Assembly (NCBI GenBank): GCA_963841435.1
Contig: CAWJCS010000005.1
Coordinates: forward strand, 416,001-480,000
DNA from: an uncultured delta proteobacterium
GTDB lineage: Bacteria > Myxococcota_A > Polyangia > Polyangiales > Polyangiaceae
Direction of reading: 5' to 3'
Length of the DNA: 64,000 nt
Numbering within the stretch: the first letter of the stretch is position 1; the number at the start of each line of letters is the position of its first letter. The notes below the pieces were generated by a model. The model was not told the DNA's origin. It made no database searches and saw nothing but the letters and a program-made list of their open reading frames with translations. Of this stretch, positions 10,443 through 19,890 are shown piece by piece. A program made the position numbers and the translations under genes.

Positions 10443-10945
10443 GCGAGACCGTCGAATTCGTCGTCCGGAGCGTCGTTGTCGGCGTGGGTGCCACGCTGAC
10501 CATGGATGTCTGGGCCGCGGTGTTGCGTCGCTTCGGCGTGCCCTCGCTCGACTTCGGCCTCCTCGGTCGCTTCATCGGTCATCTGCCGGAAGGGCGCTGG
10601 TTCCACCAGAGCATCGCGAAATCGGCACCGGTTCGGGGCGAGAGGCTCTTGGGCTGGTGCGCGCACTACTCGATTGGCGTCGGCTTCGCGGCGCTCTTGC
10701 TCGCCGTGTTCGGCTTGACCTGGGCGCGTTCGCCCACACCCGCGCCGGCCGTCCTCATCGGGATGGTGACCGTCGTCGCGCCGCTGTTCGTTCTGCAGCC
10801 AGCCCTCGGTGCGGGCGTCGCTTCGTCGAAGACGCCGAGGCCGGTCTTCAACAGCGTGAAGAGCCTGATCACTCACCTTGTCTTCGGACTAGGACTCTTT
10901 CTCGCCGCGGACGCCACAGCGTCGCTCGTGCCAGTGCTCCCCTGA
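10439..10945 (+). CDS. DUF2938 family membrane protein
   Basis: GVGATLTMDVW..GRFIGH..GRWFHQSI..GWCAHYSIG..QPALGAG..SLITHLVFGLG; ATGA overlap with the kinase stop. Confidence 0.85.
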   Translation: MSETVEFVVRSVVVGVGATLTMDVWAAVLRRFGVPSLDFGLLGRFIGHLPEGRWFHQSIAKSAPVRGERLLGWCAHYSIGVGFAALLLAVFGLTWARSPTPAPAVLIGMVTVVAPLFVLQPALGAGVASSKTPRPVFNSVKSLITHLVFGLGLFLAADATASLVPVLP

Positions 10946-11174
10946 CGGCCCCGCACTCCGGGGGTGCACTATTTCTCACCCCCATCTGGAACGCCCACCG
11001 AGTGAGGCAGGCGCGAAAGCACTCACCTTCCGACGGCCCGGGAAGCGGTGCGAGCTGAAAAGGCAGCCCGCGAAACAAAGGGGGCGAAGGGGGCATGAAG
11101 AGTTCGGTGCATAGCGCGCGTCCGACCGGATCGGACGCCGAACCCTTGCGAATCTGCCTGACCGAGGTCGCCCG

Positions 11175-12797
11175 ATGACGAGACCGCCAAACCGAAGACT
11201 TTTCCTGCGAGGCCTGGGCGGAGCTTGCGTGGCGGCTCCTTTCCTCGGCTCGCTCTTCGACCGCCCGGCGAACGCGCAGGCCCGGTCCGGTCCCAGGCGA
11301 TTGATCGTGATGTTCACGCATTACGGCTGCGTCACGACGCGGTTCTTCCCCGCCAAATCCCACGGTGCGCTCACCGCCGCGGATCTCGAAGCCACCACCC
11401 TCGCGCCTCTCGCGCCCCACGCAGACAAGGTCCTCATCCCTCGCGGCATCCGCGCCATGAACGAGTGGACCCCCACGATGATCCGCGGACAGGGCAACGA
11501 CCCCCACACCCAGGTGGTGGGCTCGTATTTCACGTGTCAGCCGGTCACCCCGAACGGCACCGAGCCGTTCAGCTTCGATCAGGCGACGAAGTTCAACGCC
11601 AAGCCCGTCGGTCGTTCACTGGATCACGTGATCGCGGAGCAGTTGAGCCCCGGTGGAAAGCCGCTCCTCGTGCGCGTGGGCAACAGAACCGATACCCCCC
11701 AATCGGGGATCTCCTACTCCGCACGCGAGACGCCCTACGACGGCGTCGGCACGCCCGCTGAGGTCCTGAGTGGCCTCACCGGTCTCTTCCAGGGCGGCCC
11801 GATGTCCCCGGACACGTACCAGGCCGTGCGTGGCAAGAGCGTCATCGATATCGTCAGGGACGACCTGGACACCCTCGAGCGCTCCGACATGAGCCAGTCG
11901 GACAAGATGAAGCTCGAAGCGTGGAAGCAGCTGCTCGACGAAACGACGACGATGGTGCGGTCCGCACAGTGTAGCGACGCGGGCGCCACGCAGCTAAAGG
12001 CGACGCAAACCGACGTCGATGCGTTCGGGAACGCGGACAGCACGGGTGACGTGCTCTCCAGCAAGGTCACCGCAACGGCGGACGGCGCGGACCTTTATTC
12101 GAACGTCGCGGTGCTCGCGGCCGTGTGCAACGCAAACCCCGTGATCTTTCTCAAATACCCCCCGAACTTCTTGTTCTCGGGTCTCGGCCTCAATGTGGAG
12201 AGTCACTCGGTTTCGCACCGCGTCGCCAACGCCGGCATGGCGGGCACCTGCATTACCAACGCCATCGACCTGATCCTCACGATCGACGATTTTTACGCGA
12301 GGAAGTTCGCACACCTGGTGGACCTGCTCGACGGCATCGACGAGGGTGACGGGAAGGTGCTCGACAATACCGCTGCAGTCTGGTTCCAGGAGTTGTCGGA
12401 CGGAAACCAGCACAACCTGAATAACCTGCCCATCGTCCAGGTCGGCAGTGCCGGGGGTTACTTCAAGACGGGTTGGGCCGTGAACGTCGAGGACGGCTCC
12501 GCGGACCTATCGCCCGGTCACAGCGAGGACGGGTGCACGAACGACATCATGGATGCCGAGGCCGGCACGGGCACCAACCCGTCTTTCGCCAACGCGCCGA
12601 TCAACAAGTACTTTTACAACCTGATGAACGCCCTCGGCGTGAAGGCGGGCGCCGACGGCTTTCCTCTGCAAGGTGGCTCGGCGGAAGTGACCAGGTTCGG
12701 CATGTACGACAAGACCGAGGACTTCGTCGGCGGCGGCACCAACCCTCCCGCGATCCACAGCCCGGGCGAATACGCCGAGCTCAAGGCGAACGCCTGA
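11175..12797 (+). CDS. DUF1552 (HXXSHH) family protein, Tat-exported
   Basis: RRLFLRG twin-Arg signal; SLDHVIA; SHSVSHR; LDNTAAVWFQELSDGNQHN. Confidence 0.88.
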   Translation: MTRPPNRRLFLRGLGGACVAAPFLGSLFDRPANAQARSGPRRLIVMFTHYGCVTTRFFPAKSHGALTAADLEATTLAPLAPHADKVLIPRGIRAMNEWTPTMIRGQGNDPHTQVVGSYFTCQPVTPNGTEPFSFDQATKFNAKPVGRSLDHVIAEQLSPGGKPLLVRVGNRTDTPQSGISYSARETPYDGVGTPAEVLSGLTGLFQGGPMSPDTYQAVRGKSVIDIVRDDLDTLERSDMSQSDKMKLEAWKQLLDETTTMVRSAQCSDAGATQLKATQTDVDAFGNADSTGDVLSSKVTATADGADLYSNVAVLAAVCNANPVIFLKYPPNFLFSGLGLNVESHSVSHRVANAGMAGTCITNAIDLILTIDDFYARKFAHLVDLLDGIDEGDGKVLDNTAAVWFQELSDGNQHNLNNLPIVQVGSAGGYFKTGWAVNVEDGSADLSPGHSEDGCTNDIMDAEAGTGTNPSFANAPINKYFYNLMNALGVKAGADGFPLQGGSAEVTRFGMYDKTEDFVGGGTNPPAIHSPGEYAELKANA

Positions 12798-12825
12798 GCG
12801 CCCCGTTTCGCGAGTGGCACCCGAG

Positions 12826-14349
12826 TCAGCCGAAGAGCTCGGGCACGGTCCCGTTGACCTCGCCGAACGTGTCGCCCTGGTGCCCGACCGCCTGCATCGC
12901 GGAGAGGATCACGTTGCCGGGGTGCTTGCCGGTTGCCGCAATGTGCTGCCCCGGAGCGAGACCCCCTGCACGCCCACCAACGAGCAGCACCATGCGCTCG
13001 ACCGAATGAGTCTGATTGGTGCTCGTGCCGTCGTTGAGCTGAATGCCGTGCCCGGCCTCGGGCATGAAGAGGATCGCCGAGTTGTCGAGCAGCGTCCCGG
13101 CACCTTCGGGCGTGCTCTTCAGCTTGTCGAGAAGGTACGCGTAGTGCGACGCATGCCAGCCGAGCAGAAGGCTCACCGGGAGCTGGCCGCGATTGTCGGT
13201 GTCCCCGTTGTGACCGCACTCGTGGAGGTCTGCGCGCACCGGCGTGCCCAGCATCTCGGTCACCGGGTACACGTTCATGTGCGACTGGAACACGGTGATC
13301 TGGAGCGTGGCGACGCGCGTGAGATCGCAGACGAACGCCATGTGCAGGAGGTCCGCGAGCAGCCGCGCGCGCTCGTGCTCGTCGCTGTAGCCGGTGTTGG
13401 TGGCGATCATGTCGGAGCCCGCGCCCGCGTTGTCGCCGCCAATGGGGGGGTCGTCAGGGGGCGCCATGGGCTTTTGGCACGCTCCCCCGCTTGCCGGCAT
13501 GGCGGCGATTCTGAGCTCGAGCGCGCGGATCTCGTCGAAATGTCGCTCGAGGCGAACCCGATCCGCGGCGCCGACGCGGCCGAGGAGGGCGTCACGCTTG
13601 TCGGTGATGAGCGAGAGCACACTCTGCCTCGCGCGAAGCTCGAAGTCGTGGCGCGCCGTTTCGGCAGAGTCGCCGGGCGTGAACGCGTCGAACAGCGAGC
13701 GGTACGCGATGAGCGGGCTCACCTGGGCCTCCACCGGATCGGCGTCGCCGCGGTAGGAGACGTACTGCCGGCCGGAAAAGCTCGAGCCGCTCAGGTACCA
13801 GGCGGGCTGGGCGCGGAGCACGAGCGAGTCGAGCGTGCTGCCCGGATTTTCGGCCGCGAGGATCTGATCGGAGGTCGCGCTCCGACAAGTGAAGCTCGCG
13901 CTCAGCGAGCGCGTGCCGCACAAAAGCGGCCCCGCGCCGCCGCCGTGAAAATCGCGAAAGGCACCGCCTGCGGGAACGTCTGCGGATTCCACGGAGCTCG
14001 CGTTGAACGGGATCTCGAGCCCCGAGACCAGGCTAAAGTCGCCCATCAGCCCGAGGTCCGCGAGGGGCTCGAGCGGCGTCGTGACGCTGTAGCCCGCGCC
14101 GGTCTCCGGAGGCACGATGAAGTGGCCGGTCTCCTGGAAGCGCTGTCCCCCGACCATGTAGCGATCCTCTTCCCAGTCGTCGCCGCCGAGCGCCTGGCCC
14201 GCGAAGACGACGGCATAGCGAAGCGGCAGCGGGCCAGATTGTGCGAGCGCCTCGCCGTGCGAGTCGAGCATGCACTCGAGCGCCGGCAGACCGACCGCGA
14301 CGCCGCCGAGAGCTCGGAGCATGGTGCGTCGGGGCAAGCGGAACGTCAT
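12826..14349 (-). CDS. DUF1552 family protein, Tat-exported
   Basis: RRTMLRA..LPALECM; RLERHFDEIRALE; AFVCDLTRVATL; LHECGHN; TLLDNS; coupled to the upstream DUF1592 gene by ATGA. Confidence 0.88.
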   Translation of the reverse strand: MTFRLPRRTMLRALGGVAVGLPALECMLDSHGEALAQSGPLPLRYAVVFAGQALGGDDWEEDRYMVGGQRFQETGHFIVPPETGAGYSVTTPLEPLADLGLMGDFSLVSGLEIPFNASSVESADVPAGGAFRDFHGGGAGPLLCGTRSLSASFTCRSATSDQILAAENPGSTLDSLVLRAQPAWYLSGSSFSGRQYVSYRGDADPVEAQVSPLIAYRSLFDAFTPGDSAETARHDFELRARQSVLSLITDKRDALLGRVGAADRVRLERHFDEIRALELRIAAMPASGGACQKPMAPPDDPPIGGDNAGAGSDMIATNTGYSDEHERARLLADLLHMAFVCDLTRVATLQITVFQSHMNVYPVTEMLGTPVRADLHECGHNGDTDNRGQLPVSLLLGWHASHYAYLLDKLKSTPEGAGTLLDNSAILFMPEAGHGIQLNDGTSTNQTHSVERMVLLVGGRAGGLAPGQHIAATGKHPGNVILSAMQAVGHQGDTFGEVNGTVPELFG

Positions 14350-16103
14350 GGTGAGGGCTCCTCGCGCCGGAGCGCGAATCGATCGCTCGCGGCGTAGTCG
14401 GCAAGCAGTGTCTGGGCGTCGTAGCCTTCGGCCCGAAAGCCCGCCGAGAGATCGGCGACGACCTCGGTCTCCTCCGGCTTGAGCGCGCGCCCGAGGGCGA
14501 AGCGCACGACGTGCTCGACGAAGCACGATTCGAGCTCACCCGTCTCGACCAGCATCCGACCCAGCTCGCCCGGCCCGTTGAAGGTCCCGTAGCCCGGGAG
14601 CTCGCCGTTGCCGTCGAGCGCGCATTCGTCGTGCGCGTCGTCATGCGTGCGGAACCGGCCCGCGATGTCGTACTGCTCGAGGCCGATCCCGATCGGGTCG
14701 AGCTGGGAGTGGCAACCGGCGCAGCTCGGCGTGGAGCGATGCTCCGCGTAGCGCTCCGTCTTGCACACGGCGTCGGCGCTCGAGGGCGGCTGATCGACGT
14801 TCACGTTGGCGGGTGGCGGATCCACGGTGTTGCAGAGCAGGCGCGTCTGCACGAAGATCCCACGCTGGGTGGGGCTCGTGTCGCTGAACTTGCTGAACGC
14901 CGCGAGCACGCTGCCATGCGAGAGAATACCGGCGCGGCCGCTTGCGCCGTAGCTCACCCAGCCTTCGCCTCCCGGCGGGGTCGATAGTCCGTAGTGGTCG
15001 GCGAGATCCTGGGTCAGGTACGTCTCGGGCGAGAGGAAGAGATCCAGGTAGCTCGACGGTTCGTCGAACACGACCTTGTCGATGAGCTTCGTCGTCTCGA
15101 GCTCGAGGTCGGCGAGCAGCGCGGGTGTTCCCGGAATGGCGCGATAGCCGAGCCACATCGCGTGGAAGCGGTGCACGGTCGAGCGCGCGCGCGGATCGGC
15201 GAGCAAGCGAAGTGCTTGGTCGCGACGCCCGGCAGGATCGACGAGGAGGCCTCCCGTGGCGGCCGCGCGCAGCGCGTCGTCCGGGGCGCTACCCCAGAGC
15301 AAGAACGAGAGTCGCGTCGCAAGCTCGAAGTCGGTCAGACGCTCGGTGCCGGGCTCGCTGCCCGGGGTGCCGATCTCGATCCGGTAGAGGAACTCCGGAT
15401 CTTGCAGCATGCTCCTTAGCGCGAGCTCGACGGCGGTATAAAAGTCGTTGTCGACGAAGTCGTTTTGCTCGGTGGCGAAGGCACCGAGCGCGAGATACGG
15501 GGCAGCGTCGCTCGTCGAAAAGGGTCTGCGGAACAGCCGCTCGCCGAGGTAAACGACGGTCTGTTCGAGACACGCCGCGTCGTCCGGGCCGCTCGGCGTG
15601 CAGGGCACGACGAGCGCGCGGTGCTCGGGAAGCACGGCCCGCGCGGCCACGTCTTCCGCGAACGCCTCGAGTGTGTCGATGAGCGCGCTCGAGGCGCGCT
15701 GGATCGTGTAGTCGTTGTCGAAGGGACGAAACTCGTCCTCCGCGAGATACTTGGACGCGGGAAACGTGTCGTCAGCGAACAGATCGCGGACGACATTGTC
15801 GAGCTCCGCTCGCGTCAGACGACGCGCACCGCTCTCGAGCGCTGTCGGGGCCGTCCCCTGGCTGCCGCTCGACCCGCCCGTCGCTCCGCTCGACCCGCCC
15901 GTCGCTCCGCTCGACCCGCCCGTCGCTCCGCTCTTCCCGCTCGATCCTGCGCTGCCGCCCGCTCCGGGGCTGCTGCCGCCGTTCGCGGCCGGCGCGGGCT
16001 TCTGGATCTCGGCGCTGCAGCCCCCGAGCACCGCAAGCCCGGCGAGCGCCCCGGCGAGGGGAGCGACGAACCGGGTGAGCCTCGAAGAAGCTCGGATGCT
16101 CAT
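14346..16103 (-). CDS. DUF1592/DUF1588-type (PSD-domain) c-type cytochrome lipoprotein
   Basis: Lipobox LGGC, Gly/Ser tether, RRLTRAELDNVVRDL, ELATRLSFLLW..PD, TSPTQRG, CAGCH..DPIG..E.YD..GRFR. Confidence 0.9.
   Translation of the reverse strand: MSIRASSRLTRFVAPLAGALAGLAVLGGCSAEIQKPAPAANGGSSPGAGGSAGSSGKSGATGGSSGATGGSSGATGGSSGSQGTAPTALESGARRLTRAELDNVVRDLFADDTFPASKYLAEDEFRPFDNDYTIQRASSALIDTLEAFAEDVAARAVLPEHRALVVPCTPSGPDDAACLEQTVVYLGERLFRRPFSTSDAAPYLALGAFATEQNDFVDNDFYTAVELALRSMLQDPEFLYRIEIGTPGSEPGTERLTDFELATRLSFLLWGSAPDDALRAAATGGLLVDPAGRRDQALRLLADPRARSTVHRFHAMWLGYRAIPGTPALLADLELETTKLIDKVVFDEPSSYLDLFLSPETYLTQDLADHYGLSTPPGGEGWVSYGASGRAGILSHGSVLAAFSKFSDTSPTQRGIFVQTRLLCNTVDPPPANVNVDQPPSSADAVCKTERYAEHRSTPSCAGCHSQLDPIGIGLEQYDIAGRFRTHDDAHDECALDGNGELPGYGTFNGPGELGRMLVETGELESCFVEHVVRFALGRALKPEETEVVADLSAGFRAEGYDAQTLLADYAASDRFALRREEPSP
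15867..15933. repeat. 21-bp tandem repeat, three copies, encoding the GATGGSS linker
   Basis: gctcgacccgcccgtcgctcc x3 within the DUF1592 tether. Confidence 0.9.
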
Positions 16104-16207
16104 CCGATCAAGTGTCGCCTCGGCCGCCACCAAACCAAGACAATTCGCTCGCAATCCTGCTGTTTTGTCCCACCTTTTCGCACCCGTGGATCACCAGCAG
16201 CCTGCGC

Positions 16208-17386
16208 TTAAACGGGGAGGAAACAGTTTCTGCATTCCCCACCCTCGGAGCCGTCGGTGGGGTTGCCGTCGTCACAATCCTCCAGGCCGGGCTGAATGAT
16301 GCCGTCGCCGCAGTACGGGGGGCGGCGGCAGTTCGGTCCGCAGGCATCGGTTCCATAGGTGCCGTCGTTGACGCCGTCGTCGCACTCTTCACCCAACGTG
16401 ACGATCGAGTCGCCGCACACGCTGGTGCACGTGCTGGGCCCGGCGCTCGAGCTTTTGCAGGCAAAGCCACGCTCGACGGCGCAGCCCGCGGAGCAGCCGT
16501 CACCGGTCAGCAAGTTGCCGTCGTCGCAGGCCTCCTCGCCGGCTACGACGCCATCGCCACAGCGCGGGGCGCACGGGCCGTTCGGCTGACCGCCCTCGCC
16601 CCCGGCGGCGCTCTCACCGCCCGCGCCCCCGGCGCCGGCCTCCCCCGTATTGCAGGTGGGCTCGAGCTCGCAAGTCGTGGAGCAGCCGTCACCGGGCAAG
16701 TTGTTCGAGTCGTCACAGCTCTCCCGGCCCTCGCGCACGCCGTCGCCACAGCGCGTGGGGTGGCAGAAACTGGGCTCTCCCTCGCAGGTCCAGCCGAGCT
16801 CGGTGATACAGACTGGCGAGCAGCCATCGCCCGGCGAGATGTTGCCGTCGTCGCAAAGCTCATTTGGGTCCACGCGCGAGTCGCCGCATTGAAAATAGTG
16901 GATGCACGCGTGTGCCGGCGTGCAGAGGTAGCCGGGCTCGACCGAACGGCAGTCCGCTGCGCAGCCGTCGCCGCCGACGGTGTTCCCGTCGTCGCAGGCC
17001 TCCAGCAGCGCTTGGATTCCGTCGCCGCAAGGAGGCATCTCGTCGGCACAGGCTGACGAGCACCCGTCGCCACTCTGCGTGTTGCCGTCGTCACACTCCT
17101 CGCCGATCTGCAGGATGGCGTTGCCACACGCCGGAGGAACGATCCCATTCCCGCCGGATCCGCCGCTCCCGCCCGGGCCGCTTCCGGCCGTTGACTGGCC
17201 CCCACGAGCACCCGCGGCTTCCGAGCGCGGCGCAGATTTGCCGCACGACATCACCCCTACGCAAGCCAGGGTCACGACCAGCGCACGCGCGCGCCATCTG
17301 ACCGGTCGCGGCGCCGGCCCGAACGGCGCCCCACGCGTCCCTCGCATCGGCAGCGTGCCTCGGACCACCGACCTCCCGTCGGGCAT
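16208..17386 (-). CDS. Myxococcus cysteine-rich repeat (DUF4215-like) surface lipoprotein
   Basis: About seven CG(D/N)G....E.CDDGN....DGC...C repeats; lipobox-like GVMSC; start uncertain (17347 is possible). Confidence 0.88.
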   Translation of the reverse strand: MPDGRSVVRGTLPMRGTRGAPFGPAPRPVRWRARALVVTLACVGVMSCGKSAPRSEAAGARGGQSTAGSGPGGSGGSGGNGIVPPACGNAILQIGEECDDGNTQSGDGCSSACADEMPPCGDGIQALLEACDDGNTVGGDGCAADCRSVEPGYLCTPAHACIHYFQCGDSRVDPNELCDDGNISPGDGCSPVCITELGWTCEGEPSFCHPTRCGDGVREGRESCDDSNNLPGDGCSTTCELEPTCNTGEAGAGGAGGESAAGGEGGQPNGPCAPRCGDGVVAGEEACDDGNLLTGDGCSAGCAVERGFACKSSSAGPSTCTSVCGDSIVTLGEECDDGVNDGTYGTDACGPNCRRPPYCGDGIIQPGLEDCDDGNPTDGSEGGECRNCFLPV

Positions 17387-17454
17387 CACGGGAGCATACT
17401 CCCCCGCTTCATCGGCGGCGATGGGGCGCTTCAAAATCGAGCCTGAGAATCATA

Positions 17455-17610
17455 GACCCCGCCGACGACGACCCCACACCCGAGACCGACGACGACCTTC
17501 CCCCGGATCAAGTCAACTTCGTCACGGTCGCCATGCACGAGCTCGGCCACCTCCTCGGCGTGGGCAGCTCGGCTCAGTTCGATGCGCTCGTCGAGGGGCA
17601 GACGTTCTGA
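17455..17610 (+). pseudogene. Remnant of a zincin/matrixin-like metalloprotease domain
   Basis: Frame +1 reads DDDPTPETDDDLPPDQVNFVTVAMHELGHLLGVGSSAQFDALVEGQTF*, with an HExxH motif, no credible start and an early stop. Confidence 0.55.
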
Positions 17611-17632
17611 ATCGGGCGGAACGGGTGCACCG

Positions 17633-18244
17633 TCACGAGCGAGGACGTTTCGGACGCGCTGGGTGCGACGCCGGGCGACGCTCCGGCTCGGCCTCGAGCA
17701 GCGTGGCTAGAATGGTGCGGAGGGTGCGCACGAAGACCTCGGGTTGATCGATGCCGGCTCCGAGCACGAGCGAGCCCTGGATGCGCACGACAGCATCCTC
17801 GGCGCGGGCGCGCGAAACGGAGCGCGAAAGCCCGGCTTCGACACACAGCGCCTCGAATCCCGCGAGCAGCGCGCCGAAGGTGCTCTGCAGGGGTCTCGCG
17901 AATTTCTTCCGGTCCGCGCTCGCGCAGAGTCGCTCGAGCAGACACGCGAGGCGGCCGGAGTCGTAGATCGACTCGACCACCAGAAGGAACGCGGCAAGCT
18001 TCGCGCGCGGCGCGCCCGGTCCGTGGACGGCCGCAAGCGCGGGCGCGAGCTGGCTCGAAAGATGCGCCATGACCTCGCGCGCCATTTCGACCTTCCCGCC
18101 CGGAAAGTAGTGATAGAGACTAGATTTGCCGAGCCCGGTCACCTTGGCAATCTCGGCAAGCGAGGCGCCGTCGTAGCCTTGCTGCCGAAAAAGCAGCATC
18201 AGGCGATCGAGGATCTCTGCTTTCGAGAGGAGCGCGGCCGGCAT
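17633..18244 (-). CDS. TetR/AcrR family transcriptional regulator
   Basis: F.QQGYDGASLAEIAKVTGLGKSSLYHYFPGGK HTH. Confidence 0.93.
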   Translation of the reverse strand: MPAALLSKAEILDRLMLLFRQQGYDGASLAEIAKVTGLGKSSLYHYFPGGKVEMAREVMAHLSSQLAPALAAVHGPGAPRAKLAAFLLVVESIYDSGRLACLLERLCASADRKKFARPLQSTFGALLAGFEALCVEAGLSRSVSRARAEDAVVRIQGSLVLGAGIDQPEVFVRTLRTILATLLEAEPERRPASHPARPKRPRS

Positions 18245-18258
18245 GCCCCGACGATCCT

Positions 18259-19245
18259 TCACATGCCGAGAGGGGGGTTGAAAGGGGAACGATCGAGCAG
18301 CTCCCAGCGGAACGTTTTCGGCAGCAAGAGCTCGGCGAAGCGCGAGATCTCGAAGTCCCAATACCGCCCGGTGTCGGCTCCGGTCTCGCAGTGGGGGCCC
18401 GCCGCGCTCTCGAGCGCGCCGTGCGGCGGCTCGAGGACCACGTTGGCATGGCCCGTGAGCTGAAGCACCCGCCCGCCTTCGAAGTCGACGATCGCAAGGC
18501 CCGCAGCGCTCGAAACCATCAGATTGCCCAGGGTGTTGTAGAGCCCGTTGCCGGCGTACTCGGGGACGCGGATCGTCCGCTCGTCCCTGACTTCGAGAAA
18601 GCCCGGCTCGCCGCCGCGGTGGGAGGCGTCCGCACCGCGCGTCGGGTGCCGGCTCGCGACGAACATGGTGTCCGCCCGCCGCACGAGAGCCATTCGCTCG
18701 GGGTCGAGTCGCGCGCCGCTCGCGCCGAGGGCGCTGGACGGCGACGGGGCGTCGAGCTCGACCAAGTGCCGGCGCTGAATGTACTTCGGGCAGTTCACGT
18801 ACGCCTCGCGTACGCTGACCTCGACGCGCTCTTCGTTCGACGAGGAAACGAAGCCGTTGATGCGGTAGCGTCGGCGCGAGCCGAGCTCGATCGCGAGCAT
18901 CCCGAGCGCGGCGCCGACCCCGAGATTGCCGACCACCGCGTCCCCCGGCGCGATCCAGGAACGCCGGCGGTCGAGCACCACGACGTCGCCGCCCGCGACG
19001 CTCGCGAACCCCTGCTCACCGAAGATCAGCGAAGCAAACACCGCGCCGGCGTCGTCGACGCTCGAAAGCACCAGCATCCGTTGCTGTGCGAGGAACGCGG
19101 CCGGCGCCGGCGGGACCGCGTTCGATAGCATCCGCGCCGTCCGCTCGGCGATCGCGCGCTCTCCCGTCGCTTCCTGAACGCGGAGCTCCCCTTCGTGAAA
19201 GAAGCCGTGCTCGCCGTTCGGTCTCGAAAACCTCGCTCTGGTCAT
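18259..19245 (-). CDS. Pyridoxamine 5'-phosphate oxidase family FMN-binding protein (tandem split-barrel)
   Basis: FHEGELRVQ, RRRYRING, YVNCPKYIQRR, DASHRGGEPGF, EYAGNGLYNTLGNL. Confidence 0.88.
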   Translation of the reverse strand: MTRARFSRPNGEHGFFHEGELRVQEATGERAIAERTARMLSNAVPPAPAAFLAQQRMLVLSSVDDAGAVFASLIFGEQGFASVAGGDVVVLDRRRSWIAPGDAVVGNLGVGAALGMLAIELGSRRRYRINGFVSSSNEERVEVSVREAYVNCPKYIQRRHLVELDAPSPSSALGASGARLDPERMALVRRADTMFVASRHPTRGADASHRGGEPGFLEVRDERTIRVPEYAGNGLYNTLGNLMVSSAAGLAIVDFEGGRVLQLTGHANVVLEPPHGALESAAGPHCETGADTGRYWDFEISRFAELLLPKTFRWELLDRSPFNPPLGM

Positions 19246-19306
19246 GACGCCTCCAGCGGACCGGCGCGCCGCATGCTCGGAGACGGCGCGCCGGGTCCTC
19301 GTGCGC

Positions 19307-19678
19307 TCAGAAGGTCAAGATGGTGTAGCCGTCCGCAGCGTACTTCGCGAGGCTCGGAAGCCCGGCGGTACCCGGCACGGGGTTGTTCTTGATCAGCGTG
19401 AAGCCATTTTGCTCCGCGGACTCGAGCGCACCGAAGACGGTTGCGCAGGCGAGCGACGCGCCCGCGACCTTGTCCGCCACCGCCTCGTACAAAGCGTGGG
19501 CGGGGTGCTCCCTGTTCGTGAGCACCCCTGTCCAGCGTGTACCGGCCCCCTGAAAGACGAGCGCGACCTCGTGGTTCTGGGCTTTGAAATCATAGGTTGC
19601 GGCCAGGGCGTTGAACACGCGCCCGAGAGCCTCTTCCCCCCCTTTGGGGTCCGACAACACGATCACGGCAGTTTTCAT
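19307..19678 (-). CDS. DsrE family protein
   Basis: GRVFNAL..VFQGAGTRW..GASLACA..FG; AGGAG RBS upstream. Confidence 0.75.
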   Translation of the reverse strand: MKTAVIVLSDPKGGEEALGRVFNALAATYDFKAQNHEVALVFQGAGTRWTGVLTNREHPAHALYEAVADKVAGASLACATVFGALESAEQNGFTLIKNNPVPGTAGLPSLAKYAADGYTILTF

Positions 19679-19693
19679 GAGATTCTCCTATGC

Positions 19694-19713
19694 TGAACCG
19701 AACGATCGGTACA
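19694..19713. promoter_or_regulatory. Probable TetR operator (imperfect 20-bp palindrome)
   Basis: TGAACCGAACGATCGGTACA, 8 of 10 pairs complementary, overlapping the -10/+1 region of the dsrE promoter. Confidence 0.7.
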
Positions 19714-19739
19714 ATAGAACCAGGACCGGCGCGTGTCAA
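19711..19739 (-). promoter_or_regulatory. sigma70-type promoter of the dsrE-PNPOx-tetR operon
   Basis: Minus strand TTGACA-17 nt-TATTGT. Confidence 0.8.
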
Positions 19740-19890
19740 GGCCACCCGTAACCCCGCGAGGGGCGACTCGGCGTAGAATCGGCAGGCGTAGCCGTAGCCA
19801 CGGGCGGCGTCCTCGAGCACGACGTTGCCCTCCGAGTCACCCGATACGTAGCGCACGCCGCCCTCCGAGTCTCGGGGTCGGTGCGCTTGG

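Noticed and set aside
16350-16370. TYG in the Cys-rich repeat protein as another splicease site
   Set aside because: Lacks the P-x-Y-G context, lies within an ordinary Cys-rich repeat, and is unlinked to the rSAM gene.
19740-19885. Short minus-strand frame with a GACTCGGAGGGC direct repeat (DSEG x2)
   Set aside because: May be a gene remnant but too short to assign, and the listed ORF runs through the dsrE promoter.
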